NCBI GenBank assembly: GCA_019113395.1
Contig: DXHL01000032.1
Span: 39,034 to 103,033, forward strand
DNA: 64,000 nt
Direction: 5' to 3'
Source: Candidatus Rikenella faecigallinarum
Lineage (GTDB): Bacteria; Bacteroidota; Bacteroidia; Bacteroidales; Rikenellaceae
Part shown: piece after piece, positions 36,426 through 44,480 of the stretch
Layout of the letters: each line of letters begins with the position of its first letter
How positions within the stretch are numbered: the first letter of the stretch is position 1
The notes under the pieces: generated by a model
Told to the model about the DNA's origin: nothing
The model's database searches: none
What the model saw: the letters and a program-made list of their open reading frames with translations, nothing else
Translations under genes and position numbers: made by a program

Positions 36426-37022
36426 ATGATTAGAGGATATTGCAAGCTGGAATCTGATATCAACCATACCAAAGAGAAGGTAGCGGCGCTGATTGAGGCA
36501 GGAGTTGCCAGTGGCAACTTGTATTATGACACCACAGGGAACAAAGAGTTAAACCGAATCCTCGCTGCGCTGCGTCGCGGGGATACATTGGTAGTGGCCC
36601 AAGCCGTCGATTTGTGCCACACCCATACCGAATTGGCCGATTTGATTGAAAGGCTCAATAACCGGGGCATTGCCCTGCACTCCATCCGGGAACCGTGGCT
36701 CGATTTCGGAACTGAAGAGAAAGACAACCCTTTCATTGCCTCCAAACCGAACGGACGAGCGGTTCGAGGCAGCAGCAACGCAGCACGTACGGCAGGACGG
36801 CCACGTGGTCCCAGACGCGAAATTGTGCAAAAACTCAATTTCGCGTTGCGGATGTACCATACAGCGGGTCATTTGTCGGTGAGCGATATCTGCACCACGG
36901 CAAAAATCAACGAACGGACCTTTTATCGCCATTTGGAACGTCTCGGCATCCAAGTCATACGACGTCCCAAAGGACGAAAGCCCAAAGAGGAAGAGGTGAC
37001 AAGCACGGAAGATTACGGATAA
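36426..37022 (+). CDS. Serine-recombinase (resolvase/invertase)-like protein with HTH; catalytic residues not conserved
   Basis: The track start at 36420 is GTG; the ATG is at 36426. MIRGYCKLESD...AGV...GDTLVVAQAVDLCHTH...LNNRGIALHSI parallels gamma-delta resolvase FGYARVSTSQQ...AGV...GDVILVKKLDRLGRD...GVSIRFI. Then a GRPRGP arm and HTH (LSVSDICTTAKINERTFYRHLERLG). Local GC and third-position GC are visibly lower than in the neighbours. Confidence 0.7.
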   Translation: MIRGYCKLESDINHTKEKVAALIEAGVASGNLYYDTTGNKELNRILAALRRGDTLVVAQAVDLCHTHTELADLIERLNNRGIALHSIREPWLDFGTEEKDNPFIASKPNGRAVRGSSNAARTAGRPRGPRREIVQKLNFALRMYHTAGHLSVSDICTTAKINERTFYRHLERLGIQVIRRPKGRKPKEEEVTSTEDYG

Positions 37023-37078
37023 TCCATCGGTCTGGCACATTCATGCCAGGCAGTCCCATCCTTTCCCATTGAAAAACT

Positions 37079-37118
37079 TTCGGGGCGGTCATGAAACGTG
37101 TTTCATGACCGCCCCGAA
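37079..37118. terminator. Bidirectional hairpin between the resolvase-like gene and ileS
   Basis: ttcggggcggtcatgaaac gt gtttcatgaccgccccgaa. A 19-nt perfect inverted repeat. Confidence 0.8.
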
Positions 37119-37179
37119 GGCATTATCCAGCTACGGAAAGGACAGCACACATCCGCACCGCCATCCTTTCCACCCAGTG

Positions 37180-40100
37180 TTACAATTTGTCTACCGAAAT
37201 GGTCAGCGGCATATCGTCAATGTCAATTTCCGAACGCTGACGGGTAGCCTCTACAGTTACACCGCCCTGAGCCAAAGTCTGCGCAGCAATGTAATCAGCA
37301 TACTGCCGCACCGCATCGTCCGTTGCCGCGTTCGATTCCACTACCACGCGAATCTTGTCGGTCACCTCGAATCCCTGCTCCTTGCGCAGGTTCTGAATGC
37401 GGTTCACCAGTTCACGCGCAATCCCTTCAGCCCGCAACTCGGGAGTCACTTCGATATCGAGGGCAATGGTCAGCGTCCCTTCGGTAGCCACCAGCCAGCC
37501 CGGCATATCCTCCGACGTGATTTCGAAGTCGACCCGTTCCACCGGCAGCACTTCGCCATCGGCAAGTTTCAACGAGTAGGTCGCTCCTTCGCCCAACGCC
37601 TCAACGGTCGCAATATCCTCCTGAGCGAAAGCCGCCACGGCTGCCGCAATGGCTTTCATCTGCTTACCGTACTTCGGGCCGAGAGTCTTGAAATTAGGCT
37701 TAATCCGTTTGGTGATAATACCCGTTGTATCCCGAATATATTCTACCTCTTTCACATTCACTTCACCGAGAATCAGCCCTTCGACTGCCTCCAGACGTGC
37801 CTGAACCGCCGGGTCGAGCACCGGAATAATCATTTTGCTGAGCGGTTGGCGCACCTTGATATTCACCTTGCGCCGCAGAGCCAATACCATCGACGAAGCC
37901 CGTTGAGCCAGTTCCATACGACGTTCCAGTTCATCATCCACTAGCGAAGCATCGTAGGTCGGGAAATCGGCCAGATGCACCGAGCCCGCCGTGCCGTGCG
38001 TCAGGTCGCGGTAGATACGGTCCGTAATAAACGGCGCAAAAGGAGCCGCCAACAGCGTCACCGTTTTGAGGCAGGTGTAGAGCGTCTGGTAGGCCGCCAG
38101 TTTATCGGCCGTCATGCCGCCTCCCCAGAACCGCTTACGGTTCAACCGCACATACCAGTTCGAGAGGTTTTCGTTCACAAAGTCACTGATAGCCCGTGCC
38201 GCAGGCGTCGGGTCGTAGTTTTCGAGCGAGTCGGTCACCTGTTTTACCAGCGTGTTCAGCAGCGAGATAATCCAGCGGTCAATCTCGGGCCGTTCGGGCA
38301 TCGGCACCTGAGGCTCATCGCCGGTAAACCCATCCACATTGGCATACAGCGCAAAGAAACTGTACGTATTATAGAGCGTCCCGAAGAACTTGCGGCGCAC
38401 CTCGTCCACCCCGTCCACGTCGAACTTCAGGTTGTCCCACGGCTGCGAGTTGGAAATCATGTACCACCGCACGGCATCAGGCCCATATTGGTCCATTACC
38501 GCAAACGGGTCCACGGCATTGCCCAACCGTTTGGACATCTTGTTGCCGTTCTTGTCAAGCACCAACCCGTTGGAGATGATGTTTTTGAAGGCGACGCTGT
38601 CGAACAGCATCGTAGCCAGCGCATGCAGCGTAAAGAACCAGCCGCGTGTCTGGTCCACTCCTTCGGCGATGAAGTCGGCCGGGTAGATTTTGCCGCGGAA
38701 ATCGGCTTCCGAAACCTCAAAGGGATAGTGCACCTGCGCGTAGGGCATGGCGCCGCTGTCGAACCATACGTCAATCAGGTCGCTTTCGCGGCGCATCGGT
38801 TCCCCTTTCGACGACACCAGCACAATGTTATCCACATAGGGACGGTGCAGGTCGAACGAATTGTAATTCTCTTTCGAAAAATCCCCTTCGCGGAACGAGG
38901 CCAGCGGATTTTCGGTCATCAACCCTGCGGCAATGGACTTTTCGATTTCGGCTTTGAGTTCGGCCACCGAACCGATGCACTTCAATTCACTGTGGTCTTC
39001 GGTAGCCCAAATGGGCAGCGGCGTACCCCAGTAGCGCGACCGCGAGAGGTTCCAGTCCACCAGATTTTCGAGCCACTTCCCAAAACGCCCTTCGCCAGTC
39101 GATGCCGGTTTCCAATTGATGGTACCGTTCAGGGCTATCAACTTGTCCTTGACGGCCGTCGTCCGAATGAACCACGAGTCGAGCGGATAGTACAACACCG
39201 GTTTGTCGGTCCGCCAGCAGTGGGGGTAGTTGTGGGTATGTTTTTCGATTTTGAAGACCTGATTGTTGGCCTTGAGCATCATGCAAATTTCGACATCCAG
39301 CGTCTCGTCCTTCTCGCCCTTGGTCGGGTCGTAGGCATTTTTGACAAACTTGCCGGCATACTCCCCGTACGAAGCATCCACATAACGCGCCACAAAGTCG
39401 GGGTCCAGCTCTTCAGTCAGGAAAAACTTACCGGTGCGGTCCACCATCGGCTGCCACTTGCCGGCCTTGTCCAGCAAGAGCATCGGGGCAATCCCGTTCT
39501 GTTTCGAAACCCGGTCGTCGTCGGCCCCGAAGGTGGCGGCAATGTGGACAATCCCCGTCCCGTCTTCGACCGTCACGTAGTCGGCCACAATCACCCGGAA
39601 CGCATCGCCCTTAAGCTCTTCGAGCGCCGGTTTAATCCACGGAATCAGTTGTTCGTAGCGCACTCCTTCGAGCTGCGTCCCGCCATACTCGCGCACCACG
39701 GTATAATCGGTCACCTTGGCGCCTGCCATGGTCTTTTCGAGCAAGTCCTTAGCCAAAATCACCGTCTGTTCGCGTCCCGTGTAGGGGTTGTTGCAAATCA
39801 CCTGCACGTATCGTATCGCGGGGCCCACAGCCAAAGCCATGTTGCTGGGCAGGGTCCACGGCGTAGTGGTCCAGGCCAGGAAATAGAGGTCGCCCCGCAC
39901 AGCCGCATCACCCCCCTCGAACAGAAACTCGCTCCGCGCATCCCGAATCACCCGAAACTGCGCCGTACAGGTCGTATCCTTCACATCGCGGTAACACCCC
40001 GGCTGGTTCAACTCGTGGTTCGAGAGCCCCGTACCCGCCGCCGGCGAATAGGGCTGAATGGTATACCCTTTATAGAGCAGCCCCTTTTGATAGAGCTGCG

Positions 40101-40596
40101 AAAGCATCCACCACAGGGTCTCGATATATTTGTTGTCGTAGGTGATATAGGGGTTCTCCATATCGACCCAATAACCCATCTGACGGGTCAGTTTGTTCCA
40201 CAGGTCGGTGTACTCCATCACCGCCTCACGGCAGGTGCGGTTGTACTCCTCGATGGAGATTTTCTTCCCGATATCCTCTTTGGTTATCCCCAGTTTCTTC
40301 TCCACGCCCAGTTCGACCGGCAGCCCGTGAGTATCCCACCCCGCCTTGCGATGGACAAGAAATCCCTTTTGAGTCTTGTAGCGGCAGAATACGTCCTTTA
40401 TCGTCCGAGCCATCACGTGGTGAATCCCCGGCACCCCGTTGGCCGAGGGAGGTCCCTCGTAAAAAACAAAGGTCGGATGACCCTCACGCGTTTCGATACT
40501 CTGATGAAAGGTATCCTCCCGGTCCCACTGACCGAGCACCTCGGCGGCTGTCCCCGACAGGTCCAGCCCCTTGTATTCCGTAAATTTCTTACTCAT
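37180..40596 (-). CDS. ileS: Isoleucine--tRNA ligase (type 2, long form)
   Basis: Trimmed to ATG 40596 (MSKKFTEYKGLDL). 1138 aa. HIGH region PPSANGVPGIHH and KMSKS region KMSKRLGN. TAccTTTG box 28 nt upstream. Confidence 0.97.
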   Translation of the reverse strand: MSKKFTEYKGLDLSGTAAEVLGQWDREDTFHQSIETREGHPTFVFYEGPPSANGVPGIHHVMARTIKDVFCRYKTQKGFLVHRKAGWDTHGLPVELGVEKKLGITKEDIGKKISIEEYNRTCREAVMEYTDLWNKLTRQMGYWVDMENPYITYDNKYIETLWWMLSQLYQKGLLYKGYTIQPYSPAAGTGLSNHELNQPGCYRDVKDTTCTAQFRVIRDARSEFLFEGGDAAVRGDLYFLAWTTTPWTLPSNMALAVGPAIRYVQVICNNPYTGREQTVILAKDLLEKTMAGAKVTDYTVVREYGGTQLEGVRYEQLIPWIKPALEELKGDAFRVIVADYVTVEDGTGIVHIAATFGADDDRVSKQNGIAPMLLLDKAGKWQPMVDRTGKFFLTEELDPDFVARYVDASYGEYAGKFVKNAYDPTKGEKDETLDVEICMMLKANNQVFKIEKHTHNYPHCWRTDKPVLYYPLDSWFIRTTAVKDKLIALNGTINWKPASTGEGRFGKWLENLVDWNLSRSRYWGTPLPIWATEDHSELKCIGSVAELKAEIEKSIAAGLMTENPLASFREGDFSKENYNSFDLHRPYVDNIVLVSSKGEPMRRESDLIDVWFDSGAMPYAQVHYPFEVSEADFRGKIYPADFIAEGVDQTRGWFFTLHALATMLFDSVAFKNIISNGLVLDKNGNKMSKRLGNAVDPFAVMDQYGPDAVRWYMISNSQPWDNLKFDVDGVDEVRRKFFGTLYNTYSFFALYANVDGFTGDEPQVPMPERPEIDRWIISLLNTLVKQVTDSLENYDPTPAARAISDFVNENLSNWYVRLNRKRFWGGGMTADKLAAYQTLYTCLKTVTLLAAPFAPFITDRIYRDLTHGTAGSVHLADFPTYDASLVDDELERRMELAQRASSMVLALRRKVNIKVRQPLSKMIIPVLDPAVQARLEAVEGLILGEVNVKEVEYIRDTTGIITKRIKPNFKTLGPKYGKQMKAIAAAVAAFAQEDIATVEALGEGATYSLKLADGEVLPVERVDFEITSEDMPGWLVATEGTLTIALDIEVTPELRAEGIARELVNRIQNLRKEQGFEVTDKIRVVVESNAATDDAVRQYADYIAAQTLAQGGVTVEATRQRSEIDIDDMPLTISVDKL

Positions 40597-40623
40597 GGAG
40601 ATATTTTCGTTTCTGCAATGGAG

Positions 40624-40631
40624 CAAAGGTA
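40624..40631 (-). promoter_or_regulatory. -7 box TAccTTTG for ileS
   Basis: Exact TAnnTTTG on the minus strand, 28 nt upstream of ATG 40596. It abuts the stop of the DUF454 gene. Confidence 0.6.
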
Positions 40632-41045
40632 CTATTTATCTTGGAAATTTTGATTTTCGGAAGGGTCCGTCACGGGAGTGCTCTCCTGCCGACGGGTCTT
40701 TTTAAGAAGAATGTGGATGGTGATACCGACCGCCACAGCGACCAGTATCAGACGGCTCCACCACACATCGGCCACCCAGACCACCGACACCGCTATGGTC
40801 ACCCAGAGTATCACCAGAGTAACAGCCTTGGCGCGCACCGAGAGTCCCTCTTTCGAGGCGTAGCCGCGGACGTAGGGTCCCAGCAGCGGGTGGCGCATCA
40901 GGGCAATGCGCCACCGCGGCGAGGAGCGCGAAAAGAGATAGAGCGCCAACAACAGAAACGGCGTTGTCGGCAGCACCGGCAGAAAAACGCCCAGAAAGCC
41001 GAGCGCCACACACAACCACGCCAACGACAGAAAAAGCCACTTCAT
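40632..41045 (-). CDS. YbaN/DUF454 family inner-membrane protein
   Basis: 137 aa. MKWLFLSLAWLCVALGFLGVFLPVLPTTPFLLLALYLFSRSSPRW is the typical DUF454 N-terminus. Confidence 0.85.
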   Translation of the reverse strand: MKWLFLSLAWLCVALGFLGVFLPVLPTTPFLLLALYLFSRSSPRWRIALMRHPLLGPYVRGYASKEGLSVRAKAVTLVILWVTIAVSVVWVADVWWSRLILVAVAVGITIHILLKKTRRQESTPVTDPSENQNFQDK

Positions 41046-41076
41046 AGCCGTACCGTTTTCTTTGTTCTAAGGACCA

Positions 41077-41745
41077 TTAGAGGGCTGCTCCGCGTTTGAC
41101 ATCCATCAGGATGGAGAAGGCGCGATGAATATCGTCGTCGTGAACCACCACCGTAAACTCGTTGGTCGTACTAATCAGCTCGACCATGTTGATGTTGTCC
41201 CAGGCCAACTCCTTGAATATATAGTAGTAGACCCCGGGATAGATGCTGTTTTCGGCCGGCAGCTTGATGGTGATGGAGGAGAGGGATTCGGTTTTGGCAA
41301 TTTGCCGTTCGCCGCGGAAAATCTCCTCGGCCACCGACACCAGGGAACTGCTCAACACCATGGCCGTTTCACCGATACCCTGCGAGAAGGTGCAGAAGGC
41401 GTCTTTGGTCTTCTGTACGTGGTCCAGGAGCAGCGCCTGACCGCTGAACAACGATTTGGAGTTCTGATACGTGAGGTCGGCCAGGTTCGAACGCACCACA
41501 ATATCCCCGATGTTTTCGATAACCTTCTGGAACTTCACGTTCGAGAGCAGCTCCAACCGCGGCACCAACCGATTGAGGGCCATGATTATCGCCCCGTCGT
41601 TCACCGTGCGGCCCGCCTGTTTTTCGACCTCGGGCTTGAGTTTTCGGGCCAGTGCCGACAGATTCACCAGCCCCTCAATCAGGGCACTCTCCAGAAACGG
41701 TTTCTTCTTGATAATCTCTTCGACTACGGACGGGATACTTGTCAT
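41077..41745 (-). CDS. Stand-alone ACT-domain-like protein (hypothetical)
   Basis: Trimmed to ATG 41745 (MTSIPSVVEEIIKK...). 222 aa. The C-terminal part (ITIKLPAENSIYPGVYYYIFKELAWDNINMVELISTTNEFTVVVHDDD) resembles the ACT repeats of aspartate kinases. Divergent from lysC. Confidence 0.5.
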   Translation of the reverse strand: MTSIPSVVEEIIKKKPFLESALIEGLVNLSALARKLKPEVEKQAGRTVNDGAIIMALNRLVPRLELLSNVKFQKVIENIGDIVVRSNLADLTYQNSKSLFSGQALLLDHVQKTKDAFCTFSQGIGETAMVLSSSLVSVAEEIFRGERQIAKTESLSSITIKLPAENSIYPGVYYYIFKELAWDNINMVELISTTNEFTVVVHDDDIHRAFSILMDVKRGAAL

Positions 41746-41812
41746 AATTTTAACAGTTTCGCCGATTATTGCACAATTTACTCCCCCGCGACACCTTTTC
41801 ATCCCTTTTGGC

Positions 41813-41820
41813 TAACTTTG
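41813..41820 (+). promoter_or_regulatory. -7 box TAacTTTG for lysC-lysA
   Basis: Exact TAnnTTTG, 71 nt upstream of ATG 41891. Confidence 0.55.
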
Positions 41821-41890
41821 CAGGCTGATGCGGCGCGAGGATTTACGACACCGCAAAAATAAACAACCTGTTTGTAATTTAACAACAACC

Positions 41891-43219
41891 ATGATAAAAA
41901 CACTCAAATTCGGAGGAACATCGGTCGGTTCGGCCGCCAACATGCGCCGCGTGGCGGGCATTATCGTATCGGAAGGGGCACGGCTGACGGTACTGTCGGC
42001 CATGTCGGGGACAACCGACGCGCTGGTCAAGATTTCGACGGCGGCCAAAACGGGCGATAACGACACGGCCAAGGCTACACTGGCGATGCTGCGCGAAAAA
42101 TACACGACCTGCATCACCGAATTGCTGAGTACCCATCGTGACGCGGCATTAGACTGCATGGAAGGGGCACTGGCAACGATTGCCAACGAACTCTTCACCT
42201 ACCGGGGAGAGGTATCCGACAAGTTGATACTGGCTCAGGGCGAGTTGCTGACGAGCGCCATCTTCTGTTATCACATGCAGGAGTTGGGCCATCGGGCGGT
42301 GCTGCTCACCTCGCCGGAGTTCATGCACACCGACCCCGAAGGAAAACCCGACACGGCGCGGCTGGCACAGGAACTCAAGAGCCGCGTAACCGATACTGAC
42401 CCCGACATCTACTACATTGCCCAAGGTTTCATCTGCACCGACTCGGCCGGCCACATCAGCAACCTGGGTCGCGGCGGCAGCGACTACAGCGCAGCCCTGA
42501 TGGGGGTAGCCATCGGTTCGGACGAAGTGCAAATCTGGACCGACATCGACGGCATGCACAACAACGACCCGCGCGTGGTAGAGAACACCTTCCCCATCCG
42601 CCGCATGAGTTTTGACGAAGCGGCCGAGTTGGCCTACTTCGGCGCGAAGATACTCCACCCGCTCACCATCCAACCCTGCAAGGAGGCCGGCATCAACGTC
42701 CGCCTGAAAAACAGCATGGAACCCGAGGCCGAAGGAACGCTCATTTCGGCCGACGAGGACAACGCCATGGATTTCCATGCCGTGGCCGCCAAGGACGGCA
42801 TTACGGTGGTACGCATCACCTCGGCCCGCATGCTGATGGCCTACGGTTTCCTGCGCAAGGTGTTCGAGGTCTTCGAAAAGTATAAGACGCCGGTCGATAT
42901 GATTACCACCTCGGAGGTCGAAGTGTCGCTCACCATCGACAGCACCTGCCACCTCGAAGAGATTATCCGTGACCTCACCCCCTTCTGCACCGCCGAAGTG
43001 GTCCACGACAATACGATTGTCTGCATCGTGGGCTGCATCGATGCCCACCACCCCGGGCTGGCCGCACGTATCTTCGAAGGGCTGAAAGAGATTCCCATCC
43101 AGATGATTTCCTACGGAGCCAACCACCGCAGCATGGCCATTCTGGTCGCCACGCAGTACAAGAAACAGACCCTGCAGGCCCTCAACGACCACCTCTTCCA
43201 CTGCACCTCGGCTCAATAA
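41891..43219 (+). CDS. lysC: Aspartate kinase
   Basis: Trimmed to ATG 41891 (MIKTLKFGGTSVGSA). 442 aa. GRGGSDYSAA, YFGAKILHP and C-terminal ACT repeats. Confidence 0.93.
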   Translation: MIKTLKFGGTSVGSAANMRRVAGIIVSEGARLTVLSAMSGTTDALVKISTAAKTGDNDTAKATLAMLREKYTTCITELLSTHRDAALDCMEGALATIANELFTYRGEVSDKLILAQGELLTSAIFCYHMQELGHRAVLLTSPEFMHTDPEGKPDTARLAQELKSRVTDTDPDIYYIAQGFICTDSAGHISNLGRGGSDYSAALMGVAIGSDEVQIWTDIDGMHNNDPRVVENTFPIRRMSFDEAAELAYFGAKILHPLTIQPCKEAGINVRLKNSMEPEAEGTLISADEDNAMDFHAVAAKDGITVVRITSARMLMAYGFLRKVFEVFEKYKTPVDMITTSEVEVSLTIDSTCHLEEIIRDLTPFCTAEVVHDNTIVCIVGCIDAHHPGLAARIFEGLKEIPIQMISYGANHRSMAILVATQYKKQTLQALNDHLFHCTSAQ

Positions 43220-43240
43220 CCTCTCATTCCGCACTGCGCC

Positions 43241-44416
43241 ATGGCCCGATACACCCTGCGTCCCGACCACACCGTACCTCCCACGCCGTTCTACTACTAC
43301 GACCTGGAGCTGCTCCGCAACACGCTGCACTGTGCCACCACGGAAGCCAACCGCTACGGATACCACATCCACTATGCTCTGAAGGCCAATGTCGAACCCC
43401 GTATCCTGCAGGAAATTCAGCAAGCCGGACTGGGAGCCGACTGTGTGAGCGGATACGAAGTGCGCTGTGCCGTGGAAAACGGTTTCGACCCGCAGAAAAT
43501 CGTCTTTGCCGGCGTCGGGAAAAGCGACCACGAAATCGAATACGCCATTCGTGCGGGTATTTTCGCCTTCAACTGCGAATCGCTGCAGGAGTTGGAGGTC
43601 ATCAACGCGTTGGCGGCCGCTCAGGGCAAAACCGTCAATATCGCCCTGCGCATTAACCCCAACGTACAACCCGAGACCCACCAATACATCTCGACAGGAC
43701 AGTCCGAGAGCAAATTCGGCATCTCCTACACCGAGATTGACACCGCCCTGGCACGGCTCCACGAACTGGAACATATCCGTATCGTGGGGCTCCACTTCCA
43801 CATCGGCTCACAGATACGCAACCTCACCTCGTTTGCCGAGCTGGCCGGACGGGTCAATGAAATCGCGGCCTGGTTTGCGCAACAGGGGGTTGTGCTTAAG
43901 CACCTGAACATGGGCGGCGGACTGGGCATCGATTACAGCAACCCCGATGGCGAACCTGTCCCCGACTTTGCCACCTACTTCCGCATCTTTCACGAGCATC
44001 TGCACGTCTCACCCGAACAGACCGTCCACTTCGAACTGGGGCGGTCGTTAGTGGCGCAGTGCGGCGAACTCATCACCCGCGTCCTCTACACCAAAACCAC
44101 GGCCGGAGGAGCCCGTTTTGCCATCACCGATGCCGGCATGACCGAACTGATTCGCCCGGCCCTCTACAGCGCTCATCACAAAATCGAAAACCTCACGGCA
44201 GAGGCGCTCGGCACCGCGGCACGTCCCATCGACCTCTACTCCATTGCAGGCCCCATCTGCGAATCGTCGGACGTTTTTGCCCGCGACATCGAATTCCCGC
44301 TCTCGCAACGCAGCGATGTGCTGACCATCCGTTCAACGGGAGCCTACGGCAGCATCATGGCCTCGAACTACAACATGCGCCCCATCGCCCCGAGCCATTT
44401 CAGCGACGAAGCCTGA
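43241..44416 (+). CDS. lysA: Diaminopimelate decarboxylase
   Basis: 391 aa. PLP-Lys motif HYALKAN, HFHIGSQ, GGGLGIDY and CESSD near the C-terminus. Lies 21 nt after lysC. Confidence 0.94.
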   Translation: MARYTLRPDHTVPPTPFYYYDLELLRNTLHCATTEANRYGYHIHYALKANVEPRILQEIQQAGLGADCVSGYEVRCAVENGFDPQKIVFAGVGKSDHEIEYAIRAGIFAFNCESLQELEVINALAAAQGKTVNIALRINPNVQPETHQYISTGQSESKFGISYTEIDTALARLHELEHIRIVGLHFHIGSQIRNLTSFAELAGRVNEIAAWFAQQGVVLKHLNMGGGLGIDYSNPDGEPVPDFATYFRIFHEHLHVSPEQTVHFELGRSLVAQCGELITRVLYTKTTAGGARFAITDAGMTELIRPALYSAHHKIENLTAEALGTAARPIDLYSIAGPICESSDVFARDIEFPLSQRSDVLTIRSTGAYGSIMASNYNMRPIAPSHFSDEA

Positions 44417-44480
44417 CGAGACAACGGGTCATCCTCCCTCACTGCACATCGACAAACACCAACTAACCCTATAACGCATC

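Noticed and set aside
36176-37118. Resolvase-like islet as an intact mobile element (IS, MITE or integrated cassette)
   Set aside because: I could find no terminal inverted repeats or target-site duplication, and there is no transposase or integrase. The flanking hairpins are ordinary terminators of the neighbouring genes. I report it as a finding, not as a mobile element.
37975-40653. 892-aa + strand ORF covering the whole ileS locus
   Set aside because: It is exactly antisense to a textbook IleRS gene. Its composition is dominated by R/H/G/P/V and it has no recognisable motifs. It is a by-product of GC-rich codon usage suppressing antisense stops.
41746-41890. Lysine riboswitch upstream of lysC, and glycine riboswitch upstream of gcvT (50937..50986)
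   Set aside because: The leaders are far too short (about 70 nt after the -7 box, and 50 nt respectively) and lack the conserved cores.
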